The translations under genes and the position numbers were made by a program. Below are positions 1 to 12,489 of a stretch of DNA of 57,531 bases, piece by piece. Every line of letters starts with the position of its first letter. Positions within the stretch are counted from its first letter, which is position 1. Origin of the DNA: Chara braunii (Eukaryota > Plantae > Charophyceae). The notes under the pieces are model-generated. The model was not told the origin of the DNA, made no database searches, and saw only the letters and a list, made by a program, of their open reading frames with translations. The DNA lies in assembly GCA_003427395.1 (NCBI GenBank), contig BFEA01000027.1, positions 4,468,760 to 4,526,290 on the forward strand, in the 5' to 3' direction.

Positions 1-212
1 GCCTCACTGCTCTGCTGGCTTGCTGCCCATCCGCATCCTGTCCCTTCCACGGCTGCAATCGTCTTTGGCGATATGCAGTTGAGCTGCTCCGGCAGCGTTG
101 CCTGGTGCTTTGCCCAGTTGCTGCCTGCTGCAATGTCCCACTTGGGGAAAGCGTGCCTCCAACATGGGTCAAACGGTTCATGACCCAAATCATCAATACT
201 GGGATTCCGCAA

Positions 213-264
213 ATTGTAAAGGGTTCAGCCTCCTGACGAGTCGGTGCAACTCCGACGAAACAAT
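213..264 (+). ncRNA. Type III hammerhead ribozyme-like motif
   Basis: ATTGTA | AAGG-GTTCAG-CCTC | CTGACGA | GTCGG-TGCAACT-CCGAC | GAAA-CAAT. GUA triplet, stem III ATTGT/ACAAT, intact core. One mismatch (A-C) at the core-proximal pair of stem I. Confidence 0.75.
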
Positions 265-544
265 CTATCATCATCAGCGTTTATTTTTATTTTTAGTCGG
301 TCTTTGCATCGTTTTTGGGCTTGTATTTTTTTTGGGTTTGCTTGTTTGGTGTGCTTGCATGTCGTCTCCCCTCCCGCCCCCCCCCCCGTGCCCTCCAGCC
401 TGTTGTTCACCTCCTGGTCTTGGCATCCTTATGGGACTTTTTTGTCTTCGTTTGCCTGTTTGGTCTGCTTGCGTGATTGTCTGGAAAGCTGGTCATGGAA
501 AGCCGTGAATGTATGAGGGCACTTCATGAGAAGTAGAGTGGCAG

Positions 545-840
545 CATACAGCATCTGTTTGGTTATGGCTCGGCCAGGTGTACCATGTATAATGGGGTGC
601 TTGGCGTATAGCGCCACGAGTTGCTTTGGAACACACACACCCCCAAAACACACACAGAGAACTATCAGAAATCCTCCCCCCCCCCCAAACATACAGTATC
701 AGTTTGGTTACGGCTTGGCCGGGTGTACCATGTATAATGGGGTGCTTGGCGTATAGCACCATGAGTTGCTTTCGAACACACACATCACACAGACACACAC
801 ACAGAAAAAACAAACACAGACGACTCTCAGAAATCCCCAC
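545..840 (+). repeat. Two ~145-bp tandem copies
   Basis: GGTGTACCATGTATAATGGGGTGCTTGGCGTATAGC occurs twice, each with similar flanks. Confidence 0.85.
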
Positions 841-3319
841 CACGACCACCCACCCCCCCGAAAAAAAGAGAGTACACCTCAGGTCCAACTAACTGACCTA
901 GGTGGTATTATGTTGCCTTGGGTCGAATCTAGACTAGGACGTTTCTCGGGTCCTAGGCCGCTCAACAGGGCAGGGTAGCTCCCAGGACGAAGAAGAAGAA
1001 CACCAGCGCTTGATGAAGAAGAAGATGGCTGCCGGTTCGACACACACCTCGAAGAAGGGTCTTGACGGCAGCACTGCCTATCCCCAACAGCACAGGTAAG
1101 AGGAGGCACCTCACAGAGCACAGGGCCTGACGCCCAGGGCTGTCTCAACATGAGCTAGGTAGCCCCAGCTATGGCTACCAGCCCTCGCAGCATGAAGATG
1201 GTGCTGAGGGTGAGATAACGCAGCACCAAGCAGGGCACGACCTCCAGCAGCACTTCATGGGGAAAAAAATGACGAGACAGAACCCGTTTTCCCTTGCCCT
1301 CGACACTGCTGTTTTCCCTCACTCGACAGCCTACAGCCTAGGAACGACAGCCTATAGCCTAGGACCGAATCTAGACCTAAAATTGGCAAAAGGGAAGGCC
1401 AGAAACGACCTACAACTCGAAGGCAGAAAATGACAAAACTGAGAGGCCCAGTGGTTCTACGACTACCCTACAGAGACTCCCACACTCAGACCTAGGGATC
1501 AAGCCCAGTAAGGCTCACACATACAAAGAAACACACAACTACGGCACAGGTCACGGGATCAAGTCCCAGAGAGCTCAAAACCACCAGATCGAAGTAGCGT
1601 ACAGGCCGCATAACAATGCAATTCCTTGCATCTGCATCTCTGCATAAAACACATCCACACTCAGGCGCTCAGTCCAATTCTCTTTGCTGGTGGGACCTCG
1701 CTCACGGAGTCCNCTTGCATCTGCATCTCTGCATAAAACACATCCACACTCAGGCGCTCAGTCCAATTCTCTTTGCTGGTGGGACCTCGCTCACGGAGTC
1801 CAGACCCATCCAAAATAGTTCAAAATCTCTATACTATTAAAGATTACAAAGGGCCCACCGTAACACTTGCCTGTGGGCCCAGCGAAAATTGGTGCGGCAC
1901 GACGAAGCGGTGGGACGCCGCAAGCTGTGGGGGGGGTGCGGAACCGGAGGTCCGTTGTGAGGGACTGGAGACGCTGCACGCGATGGACGTCCATAAAGCT
2001 GGCGGGGCGGGTGCGCAACGATGCGAGGGCCGTGAGGTGATGCACGCGGCTGGGAGAAGCGGCCAGGGGGGGCGTGAAGCGACGTGAGTGGGGTCCGCTC
2101 GGAAGAAGAAGGAAGAGAAGCGAGGGGGGGGGCGTGCTGCGCGAAGTTTCTGCGTGCGCATTGAACACGCGCGTTGTGTCCGCCTTGAACCCGCGCAAGG
2201 GTCGCAACGGTGTGTGTTACATGCTGCACCTGCAAAAGAGGGCCATTTCAGGCCCTGGGTCATTTCAGCCTGAACGCCTGAAAACAAGGGCCTACAGGCC
2301 CTGTGTCGTTTCAGCCGGAAAGCCTGAAAACAAGGGCCTACAGGCCCTGTGTCGTTTCAGCCTAAAACAGGGCCCTCCAGGCCCTGAGTCTTTTCAGCCT
2401 GAAACGGAGGGCCATTTTCAGGCCCTCATAAGATCGACCTGCCCTGAAACTTAGGCACCAGACCAGGGTTTAAGCACAGGCCGTTTTGGGCCTGTTTTCA
2501 AGAGAACCTTTGTTTGAACTTCAACGCCAGGGTCTGGCACGTTTTTGGCATTGGCAAGAGCAGCCTCCTGGACGGGCCAGCACTATATAAGACTGGCCCG
2601 CCCTGCAGGCTGCAGGTAGTTCATAGGGACTTCCCAGGCACTTCACATGCAGTTCAGGAGGCAGGAGGTAGTCTTCAGGATCTGGCAGCAGCACTCTGGA
2701 GGAGCGCTGCAGTAGTAGTAGTAGCGTTAGCAGTAGTCTTCAGCGNNNNNNNNNNNNNNNNNNNNNNNNNNNNNNNNNNNNNNNNNNNNNNNNNNNNNNN
2801 NNNNNNNNNNNNNNNNNNNNNNNNNNNNNNNNNNNNNNNNNNNNNNNNNNNNNNNNNNNNNNNNNNNNNNNNNNNNNNNNNNNNNNNNNNNNNNNNNNNN
2901 NNNNNNNNNNNNNNNNNNNNNNNNNNNNNNNNNNNNNNNNNNNNNNNNNNNNNNNNNNNNNNNNNNNNNNNNNNNNNNNNNNNNNNNNNNNNNNNNNNNN
3001 NNNNNNNNNNNNNNNNNNNNNNNNNNNNNNNNNNNNNNNNNNNNNNNNNNNNNNNNNNNNNNNNNNNNNNNNNNNNNNNNNNNNNNNNNNNNNNNNNNNN
3101 NNNNNNNNNNNNNNNNNNNNNNNNNNNNNNNNNNNNNNNNNNNNNNNNNNNNNNNNNNNNNNNNNNNNNNNNNNNNNNNNNNNNNNNNNNNNNNNNNNNN
3201 NNNNNNNNNNNNNNNNNNNNNNNNNNNNNNNNNNNNNNNNNNNNNNNNNNNNNNNNNNNNNNNNNNNNNNNNNNNNNNNNNNNNNNNNNNNNNNNNNNNN
3301 NNNNNNNNNNNNNNNNNNN

Positions 3320-3412
<93 letters not shown>

Positions 3413-5350
3413 GTGTTCTTCCCACTCTCTCTCAGTCTCTCCCTGCTCTCTACCATCTCTTTGAGACTCTCTGTACTCTCTCTCTGCTCCCTTTCCTTCT
3501 TTTTTCTCTTCTGACCATGGTGCGGAATTGAAGGAACATCTTGAACATCTTGATTACGTGCCCTCGCAGGGGTGGGGGAGGCGGGGTGGGGGGAAGGGGG
3601 ATAAAAAGTCCAGGAATTTGTTTTTTTTCCCCCTGTGGGGCGTCTTTTTGCCCACTGAAAGCAGCCCAAATCCTGGCTTTTTTTTTTTGTTTTTCAACGG
3701 TGTTGGAGTGGGGGGGTATAAATAGGGCTTAGAGGGGCTTAAACGACCAGTACCTGTCCCAGTTATTTTGTTCTGATGTGGTTGTCGATGCCCTGGCAGC
3801 CCCAGCCAAAATAAAATATTGTGTATGTTACGGACTTCGCCAGGGGTCGATCCCTGGTCTATCTTTTGCTGTTTTGGCTGCATCCCGTTCTCGGCCTGGC
3901 ACCCTTTTTCCAAACCCCTCGTTTGGTACCATAGGATTTTGGACAATTGGCGCCATGCTGCAATTCGGGCGCCACTTTCAAATACTGCATTTTTCAGTTC
4001 TGTCCTCGGGGCCTTTGCAGAAATGCCCCTGGTACCGTAGGTGTCACCGGTACTTATACCGGCTCCCCGTACGGTACGGGGGGGCAGTCTCGTACCAGTT
4101 CTCTGCTGCTGTACTCGTACTCAGTGTGACTTGCTGTTTCGGCATTCGGAATCCAAGACTTCGACTTTGTGCCTTGCCACTGTGTCTGCGTCCGGTCCTC
4201 AGTCCGAGTCCGTCGTGTCGAGTGAGTGAGGGTGTGTGTGAGCTCTCCCTCTCTCCCTCTCTCTCCTCTCCCTCGGCTCACCCTCAGCCTCATGCTCGTT
4301 ACAGACAGAGAGGTGGAGAGGGAGAGAGATTGCGCGGGCAGGGACAGCGAGAAGGGGGGGAGCGAGGAAGAATGGGAGAGATCGTTGGCAGGGAGCAACA
4401 GCGAGATCGCACGCGGTATAGAGACGGGCGTGATCGCAACGAGAGCGAGAGACACGTGCAGAGGGAGAGAGATCACGCGGGCAGGGGGACCGAGAACATC
4501 GCGTGCCAACGTGGGGGAGCGAGGAAGAACGAGGGAGATCGCCGGCGGCACGCAAGAGCAATATCGCGGGGGCAGGAACACTGGGACACATCGTGTGGGA
4601 ACGAGGGGAGCGAGGGAGAGCGAGGGAGATCACTGGCGGGGAGAGGAGGCGGTAGTGCGAGGGGCAAGAGGAGGTCGAGCAAAGGAGAGGAGGAGGTTGG
4701 GAGAGGGGGAGGAGGTCCGCGAGGAAAAGGAAGAGGAGGTCATGTGAGGGGGGGGAGGGGGTCACGCAAGGGGTAGGAGGAGGTCGGAAGACGGGGAGGA
4801 GGAGGTCGCGCGGAGGTTGCAAGGAGGTCGCACGAGGGGGAAGAGGAGGTCTGAAGACTATGTGCGAGGGGGAGGAGCAGATCGTGCAAGGACGAGCAGG
4901 AGGTCGAAGAAGGGGGAGAAGGAGGTCGGCAGAGGTGGAGGAGTAGGACAAAAATCATGATGGCGGGAGAAGGATCGAGGATGGAAGCAGAGGAGGAAGG
5001 AGTGATCTTGATGATGATGGCAGGGACCCTCATGAGGACGGCGACGACCACAGCAATGGTGGAGGAGGGACGACGAGCAGGAGGAGGGGCCGCGATGTGA
5101 CCGCACAGACACACAGCACGCACACGCGGTGATGCAGGAAAGAGGAGGGGGTTGCTTTGCAGAAATTTTGACTTATTTTTCCCAGTTATCAATCTTTGGA
5201 CTATGTGTGATTACGTCTGTTTTTTTTTTTTTTTCCCCGCAACTTCGCCACAGCGTAGCAGCAGGAGGTCCGCTTGAACTAAATAAAGTTTAATAGACAC
5301 AATACGAAACAATTAGTTACAATACTTAATTTCCACCTCAGCATTATAAT

Positions 5351-5918
5351 CATGGCTACGCCGGACCCGGACCCGGACATTTCCGGACATGGAACCGGTA
5401 GTTTCCGGGCGTCCGGAATTCCGGACATTTCCGGACCTCCGGACATGGGGGGATCCGGACGGTCCGGATGTCTGGACAGGTCCGGAAATGTCCGGACCAT
5501 TAAAAAAAAAAAAATCTGAAAAAAAAGTATGCTATGCAGAATAACAATGCAAACCACTTTTGCCTCAGAGTCATGTCAGAATTCCTAACCAAATTTGAGT
5601 TACAAGTCTAAAACTATAAAAAGGCTTTAACTAATAAAAGGTAATGAATTATTAATAATTAAAAAAATGGGGTTGTCTAGTAAATTATTATAGAGAGAGA
5701 TCTTGTCCGGACCCCCCAAAAAAGCATAAACGGGCCTGGAAAACCCCCAAAACAATTTTGGGGGCTTGGCTCCTCAATGGGGAAGGGTCCTGGACAATTT
5801 TTATTTTTTTTTTCCCCTCGAATTTTGGCAGATCCGGACCTTCCAGACCGGACGTCTGGAGTCCGGACTGAATCCAGACCGTCTGGACGGCGGTCCGGAC
5901 GTCCGGATCGTCGCCATG
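5351..5918. mobile_element. Non-autonomous hAT element (MITE) with TCCGGA-rich subterminal repeats
   Basis: TIR CATGGCTACG / CGTCGCCATG; 8-bp TSD ATTATAAT (5343-5350, 5919-5926). Confidence 0.85.
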
Positions 5919-6248
5919 ATTATAATCTCCTTGGTCCTTTAAAATTTTTATGGAAAAAATAAAGAAAACCTTATTTAGTTGATACGAGTAGACAGTGAAT
6001 CTGGTCATGCAAATGAACATGCACTGTCAACGATCACCACAAGGCGGCGCACAGGAATTCATCCGATAATGTGCCTTCAATTGCCAAGTGTGCGTTACAT
6101 TGCTGAGGAGTACACGTCCATTACTTCTTATGTGGTGATTAGACAAGGGTGTCATTCCCCAACAGCAAACCAAACCCCTCCTCTTTTTCAGAGGTACACA
6201 CAACGGGTCGATAACTATAAAGCAACTGCAGCAACTCAAACTGCACAT

Positions 6249-6290
<42 letters not shown>

Positions 6291-6388
6291 AAAAAAACAG
6301 CATACGCACCACAGACTTCGCATCGACTACAATGAGGCGGTGCAAAACAAAAGCGCTAACTGCGTACGCACAGAAAAAAAAAAAAAAA

Positions 6389-6943
6389 CTGTGTTAAACT
6401 CCGGACCGTCCGGTGGCGTGGCCTTCGTCTGGCAGGTCCAGCTGCCCTGTCGAGAAGCCCTCCCCGTCGTCGCTGCCCGTGAAGCTGCTTTTGCCATCAT
6501 AGTGAACCCTCCTCCACCTCTTCCCTTCCTCTTCTTCTTCTTCCTCTTCTTCTTCTTCCTCTCTTCCTCCTCCTCCTTTCGTTTTCTTCTCCTCTCCTCC
6601 TCCTCCTCCTCCTCCTTTCCTCTTCTTCTTCTCTCCTCTTCCTCCTACTCCTTACTACTCCTCCTCCCCTACTCCTTTCTCCTCCTCCTCCTTTCTTCTT
6701 CTCTCCTCTTCCTCCTCCTCCAACTTTCTACTCCTCCTCCTCCTCCTCCTCCTCCTCCTCCTTTCTTCTCCTCCTCCTTTCTTCTCCTCCTCCTCCTCCT
6801 CCTCCTCCTCGTCCCGATTTCATTGGACTTGTTCATTAGGCGAAGTGCCGCATCGCCACGTCAGTGCGCTGAAAAGCGCCACTTGTCGGGATAGGCGAGA
6901 TGCGGTGAAATCCCGCCGCTAGTTAACCTATTGACGGGCGGGA

Positions 6944-6979
<36 letters not shown>

Positions 6980-8564
6980 CCCCCCTCCTCCTCCTCCCTC
7001 GTCGTCTATTTTTTTTTTCCGTCATCGCCATACAAAACAGGCAGGTCCTCCTCCTCCTCCTCCTCCTCCTTTCTTGCCCTTCTCTCCTCCTCCTCGTCCT
7101 CTCTTCTTCTTCTCTCCTCCTCATCCACCTACTTATTCTTCTCTTTCTCTCCTCCTCCTCCTCCTCCTCGACCTCCTTCATCGTCGTCTTTTTTTTTTCC
7201 GTCATGCACATACACTACCGGCAGGTCCTCGTCCTCCTCCTGCTCCTCCTACTCCTCCTGTCTTCTTCTTCTTCTCTCCTCCTCGTCGTCCTCCTTTCGT
7301 CTTGTCCTTCTCCCCCCCCCTCCTCCCCCTCCTCCTCTCTTCTCTACTCCACCTACTTTTTTTCTCCTTCTCTCCTCCTCCTCCTCGACCTCCTTCATCG
7401 TTGTCTTTTTTTTTTCTGTGATCCACATACACTACCAGTAGGTCCTCCTCCACCTCCTGCTCCTCCTCCTCCGCCGCCTCCTTTTGTCTTGTTCTTCTCT
7501 CCTCCTCCTCCTCCTCCTTCCGTCTTCTCCTCCTTTTGTCTGTTCGCTTTTCAAGTCTCTATCTTCCTCCTCCTCTTTCCTCTCCTCCTTCCTCCCCTCT
7601 CCCCCCCTCCTCCTCTCTTCTTCTTCGTCACCTCCTGTTCCTCCTCCTCCTCCCGTTATCTTCTTCTTCTTCCTCCTCCTCCCGTTATCTTCCCGTTATC
7701 TTCTTCTTCTTCCTCCTCCTCCTCCTCCTCCTCCTCCTCTTCCTCCTCCTGCTTGTTCTTCCCTCCTCCTCCTCCTCCTCCTCCTCCTCTTCCTCCTCCT
7801 GCTTGTTCTTCCCTCCTCCTCCTCCTCCTTTCGTCTGTTTCGTTTTTTAAGTCTCCTCTCCTCCTCCTTCCCAACTCTTCGTCTTCTTCCTCCTCCTCGT
7901 CTTTTTCTACCCTCGTCCTCCTCCATATCTTACCGCCCACCATCTCGCATATCTTACCGCCCACCATCTCGCATATCTGCCAGTCATATTGTACTGCCCG
8001 CCATATCGTACTGGGTGCTGTCTCCGGTTCACTTTTTTTCCCCCGCCCATATTGTACCGGCAGTCAGCAGCAGCTTCTTCTTCTTCTTCCCTTCTTCTTC
8101 TTCTCCTTCTTCTTCTGCTTCTTCTTCTTCGGATATTTGTACTCTCTTTTTTCCCTCGCTGTTGGTCCTTGCATCCTCTACTTACACGACACTATGGCGG
8201 GCGGTGGTAGCGGCGTCGGCGGGGGGAGTGGCGGGTCTGGAAGGACGAGAGGCAAAACGGCAGTAGACAAAGGAAGAAAACATGTTGCAAGCATCTCCAC
8301 TACACCCTCATCGACAGTGACCTCCAAAGATCCCCATTCTCCCGCCTCCCCTCAAACTCCTCCCACCCCCCACCCCCCCAACCACCCCCCCAACACACGT
8401 CTTTCCCAAGTTTCTCTGCGGATTTGGGCTTCTCTCAGCGAGCGCAGTCCAAACCCATCTTCAAAAATAAAAAAATAAAAAATACTTGGACGTTTTTTGG
8501 CTGGTCTGGTTTTGCCGGACGGACCCCCCCCGGTCCGTCTGGACCGGGCGTCGGCCTAACCCAG
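6389..8564. mobile_element. Probable non-autonomous TIR element with a (CCT/CTT)n low-complexity interior
   Basis: Ends CTGTGTTA / TAACCCAG with CCGGAC subterminal motifs. Inserted in an A-run between HEN1 exon-end duplicates, so the TSD is not resolvable. Confidence 0.55.
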
Positions 8565-8750
8565 AAAAAAACAGCATACGCACCGCAGACTTTGCATCGA
8601 CTACACTGAGGCGGCGCAAAACAAAATCACTAACTGCACAGTCCATACAGCATACGCACCACATACTTTGCATGGACTACACTGAGGCGGCGCAAAACAA
8701 ATCGCTAACTGCAAACACAAAAAAAAAAAGAAAAAAAAAAGCATACGCAC

Positions 8751-8902
8751 CACAGACTTTGCGTCCACTACACTGAGGAGGCGCAAAACAAATTCGCTGC
8801 GTTGTTTAGAAAGTGGAGGCGAGAACAATGCCCCCTCCAACTTCTCCTCCTGTGGCTCTGTAATAGAGACCAGCTTGACACGGCATTCAACCATCTTCTT
8901 TC
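8751..8902 (-). CDS. HEN1: HEN1 exon (start of methyltransferase region, FxPPL motif)
   Basis: KKMVECRVKLVSITEPQEEKLEGALFSPPLSKQRSEFVLRLLSVVDAKSV matches HEN1 GPSEERMEAAFFKPPLSKQRVEYALKHIRESSASTL. Acceptor gacag|GA, donor GTG|gtgcgt. Confidence 0.92.
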
Positions 8903-9009
8903 CTGTCCAGACAAACATCGGCACACATACAATCCAACAGAGAGAGAAAAACGAACGGAGTAAGGTCCTCACTGCACGACTCACGAAATATAGAAAACGA
9001 GTCCCATGG

Positions 9010-10550
9010 AAAACGAGAATGAAGCTTCCCACAGACTGCACGACTCATGGAAATGCACGCCGCCATAATTTTTGCCTTTTGTGCATTTGGCGAGTGGTGT
9101 GGCAAGGCCCTAAGAGGCGCAAAGCAAAGTCACGTGAAAGTCAGTTCAACCCATTTAGTGCTGATGTGGCTCCGTAACAGAAACCGTCTACTTGGTACAG
9201 CACTCAACTATCTTCTTTCCTCTCCAGATAAATGCCCACATACATGTAACCAAACAGCCAAAAATGGAATCGGAAACGGACTACCTAGCAGCGCCCCCTT
9301 AACTTGCATTTTACGTGCTGCGAGACTGTGAATGAATAACAGTTTCTGAAGGGCTTGGGTGCCAACAGGAGCTTAGTAAGAAGTATGCAACTGACTGATG
9401 ATGTGTCCATTTGACTCCATCTTCATTTTGTGCCTGAGTAAAGGTGGTGAACACAGTGCGGAAACGCAACATATGATCAAACACTGAAAAGGACAGACGA
9501 AGGGCGAGGCAATTGGGAATTCTTGGGAAGGAGAATTATGATCGCAGAGTCAAACAGGGCAACAAGTCGACTTGTCAGATAAAAACCCGAAGAATTTTGA
9601 CAAGGTATGGGCAAATAAAGAGTTTGGGTCTCACTCCACTACTCACCATATGCACAAAAGACAAAGTATGGCGTGTATCATCCCATGTTCAGAATAAGAT
9701 TCATTCTCATTTTGCACATTTGGTGACTAATAGAGCGAGGCCCTTCATGTCTCGTACTCTGCAGGATTACGGTTCATACACAACGGCCACGCAGAAGAAG
9801 GCGGTCGTAACAAGTGCCTTGGACAGAATACAGCCGATGACTACTCCTGATGACCTTCCAGGAGTACGGTCGTTGACATTGAAGACACAATTGAGGATGC
9901 AAGGACATCCCGCGCGGTTCTCTACTGATTGCCTGTGGAAAGTCATTAAGAACTGTGTGCCTACCTGGGAAAAATGGGGCCAGCTACAGTGCGAACGATG
10001 AAACGTACCAGAGGCGTGGCACAGGACTGACACGGAAGTCTGGAGGTTTCGGGACCAGAAAGGGTACTATGGCCTGAGACGTAAGAAAATAAAGTGCACT
10101 GCACGCAAAGGAGAGAAGGATACAGGATGAGGGACAGAAAAGGAGTACCTGGGCTATTTGGGAAATGATTAAAACAAACCAGAAGTGTCGGACGTGCCTC
10201 AAAGTCAGTGGGAGGACCCAAGAAGGGTGATGAAGTTTCAAGGTCAGGGATTTGGCCGGGACCAGGAAGGATCCAGTACTGTCGGTACCGGGACGGGAAA
10301 TTGGGACTTTCTGAAGGGACAGGAGGAACTGGGACGGTGAATGCTACGACAGAATGGCCTGAAGTACTGTATGGAAGTTAAGTACTGTATGGAAGTTAAG
10401 TACTGTATGGAAGTTAAGTACTGTATGGAAGTTAGAATGTAAGGATTTCCGACGTACGTCAATGCATCTCAAAGAGTCGCCGCCCTCTGATGAGGCTGGT
10501 TCTTGCTAGCGCTATGCTCTTGACATACGTCGCAATCCGGCGACAAAGGA
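9010..10550 (+). mobile_element. 5'-truncated remnant of a second Penelope-like (Chlamys-type) element
   Basis: GIGNGLPSSAPLTCI...QFLKGLG...MQLTDDVSI...WEFLG...QKKAVVTSALDRI...QLRMQGHP aligns motif by motif with the RT at 27.8-28.4 kb. A CTGATGA plus hairpin follows at 10487. Confidence 0.7.
10362..10433 (+). repeat. 18-bp minisatellite x4
   Basis: (AAGTACTGTATGGAAGTT)4. Confidence 0.95.
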
Positions 10551-11387
10551 CCGAGTGGTGCACACTGTACCTTGGCTATGGAGTTCCTGGGTCGTTTCAT
10601 TGCTATCTTTCAAAGTTGAGACTGTTCAAGATTTCGACAAGATTGGTCCGCTCATCATTTGATTATATGTGCTTGAGTGCATAAGCTGCTATGCGGTGCG
10701 TGCACAGTCAGGCAGCCTATGACTCACACTCATCTGCACGGGGCTGCACTAACATGTACAAACTTGCACATGGCTGCAAATTAACAAAACGACAGCCTTT
10801 TGAGAAATGTGAGAAATCAGACTAAATGGATGACATTCTATAGTTAGTCTGATTTTGTCGACATTCCATAACACAAAATGGCTACAAAATTACGGATTCC
10901 ATAAAGGCTCAGTCTCTGTGAAACTTATACCCCAACCCCCCCCAAGAAAGAGCACAATTGTACACGGTGATTAACACAGATTCTATGTTTTTGTAAATTA
11001 TTACTAAAATATGCAAAGCGGACGCCAAGGTTCGGATGCCCAGGCCGGGCCTGGGAAGAGTCTGCCCATGAAACCGAGTATAGTCAGAAAATGGGCAAGG
11101 GGAGTACCAAGGACTCGGAAAAACAAAATTCTGACTTTCAGGTCAGGATTGCAAGACGCCTGAGCACAGGGTCAAGGGGTTAGAAGCTTTGAAGGGGCAT
11201 AGCGTTTTCTATTTGATTTTCATGTCGATATTAGTGAGGGATTTTTTCTCCCATACTTTAGTATTCTGCCCCACTCTTATCTCACAATCCATTTCCAGTC
11301 TTCGATATTCTTCCCTCAAACGGAAACTTTATGATACACCTAACTGTTTCTCCAACCTCCAGTCTGCACACCACATTTCAGAGTTCT

Positions 11388-11489
<102 letters not shown>

Positions 11490-11498
11490 CCCGAGTGA

Positions 11499-11542
11499 GC
11501 CTCTGATGATGCTGTACTGGCAGCAGTAGAAAAATGTCGGGC
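11499..11542 (+). ncRNA. Minimal type I hammerhead ribozyme motif (PLE-type)
   Basis: GCCT-CTGATGA-TGCTG(tactggcag)CAGTA-GAAA-aat-GTC-GGGC. Stem I GCCT/GGGC, stem II, GUC triplet. Stem III is one base from the palindrome ACATGT. Confidence 0.65.
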
Positions 11543-12489
11543 GTTTTGCCAGGATGCGGAAGGCGGGATGCTACCCTACGCATCAAGCTCCAGCTTCATG
11601 ATGACACCTTGGACATGAGTTTTCCACGCTTATCCTACGTAATTTTTCGGAAGGGCTTTTGTGTTCTATACCTGTGTCGAGTGAGATTTTGTGGGCTTCG
11701 TGACACTGTCTCGAGTCTGGTTGTGTGAATGAGTGTGTCTCGCAGAGGAATGTGAATGGGCATCTCACAGATCCGGACGTATCTCTGTGCATGTAAGGAA
11801 GGAGTTTTCGAATCTGGAATGGCGTAAAGTGTATAGGATGTGCGTATGATGAATGGTAATAATTGCGCGTATATAGAGAGTATTGGAGTTGTGACCTCTC
11901 CGAGTACGGTGCTACAAGGGACAAGTGATATAGGGACGGACTGATTAACGCAGCACGGAACCAATGCTCTGCTGAAAACCTAGCGCTTCATCAAGCGTGC
12001 CAGGCAAGAACATGTGCTATCACGTTTGTCCGAGCACCAGCATGGTACTACTTTTGACTCAGTTTTGAGCCCAGGACCTCTCACAGAAGACCACAAAGAT
12101 GTTCCGTCTGTCCAAAACATCACAAGTGCCTTGAATAGTCTGCTTGCAAAAGCAACGATATTGGTTTGCTGTCCGGAGACAGGGGGTGTTGTCTTGTATT
12201 GTTTGCTAAAAACACCGCCATACAAGTAGCATAACTATGGGCCGTCAGAGCGCTGTCACTACCCAACTGGGTTGGTGTGCGGCTGTATCATCAACTTCTG
12301 CATCCAAATTCAGCAGCCACATAAAATTTGATTCAGTCTACGAGTAGCATTTCCAAGTTTCAACGATTAGAACAAGCATTTCAGCCTTCACCACAAATGG
12401 GATGACCTTTATGAATCACCTAGTTGTCCTTGGAACAAGAAGGGCAGTGGGGGTAGCAGCACTGGAAAATTTTGAATTCATATCCTCAC

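Noticed and set aside
906-1615. Solo LTR (also 20814-21121)
   Set aside because: The ends are TG...CA-like, but I found no matching TSD, PBS or PPT.
1624-1801. Perfect ~88-bp tandem duplication
   Set aside because: The copies are identical and joined at a single N, typical of a contig-overlap artefact.
2514-3669. Long ORFs spanning N gaps and (CT)n, with similar cases at 25.0, 29.4, 37.3 and 40.5 kb
   Set aside because: Artefacts of N runs and microsatellites.
4199-5100. Purine-rich ORFs (also 15100-15900)
   Set aside because: AGG-rich low-complexity interiors of unclassified repeats with no protein family signal.
6931-8478. 515-aa ORF and overlapping long ORFs
   Set aside because: They arise from (CCT/CTT)n low complexity that lacks stop codons; no domain; inside a probable TIR element.
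1-8750. HEN1 methyltransferase exon (D[F/L]GCG motif)
   Set aside because: Not found by eye; probably left of the window or in a gap. The dsRBD1 exon was likewise not found in 38.9-57.5 kb.
12416-12489. HEN1 ORF continuing to the stop at 12416, or a donor at 12420
   Set aside because: The phase does not match the next exon; the donor at 12490 restores the frame.
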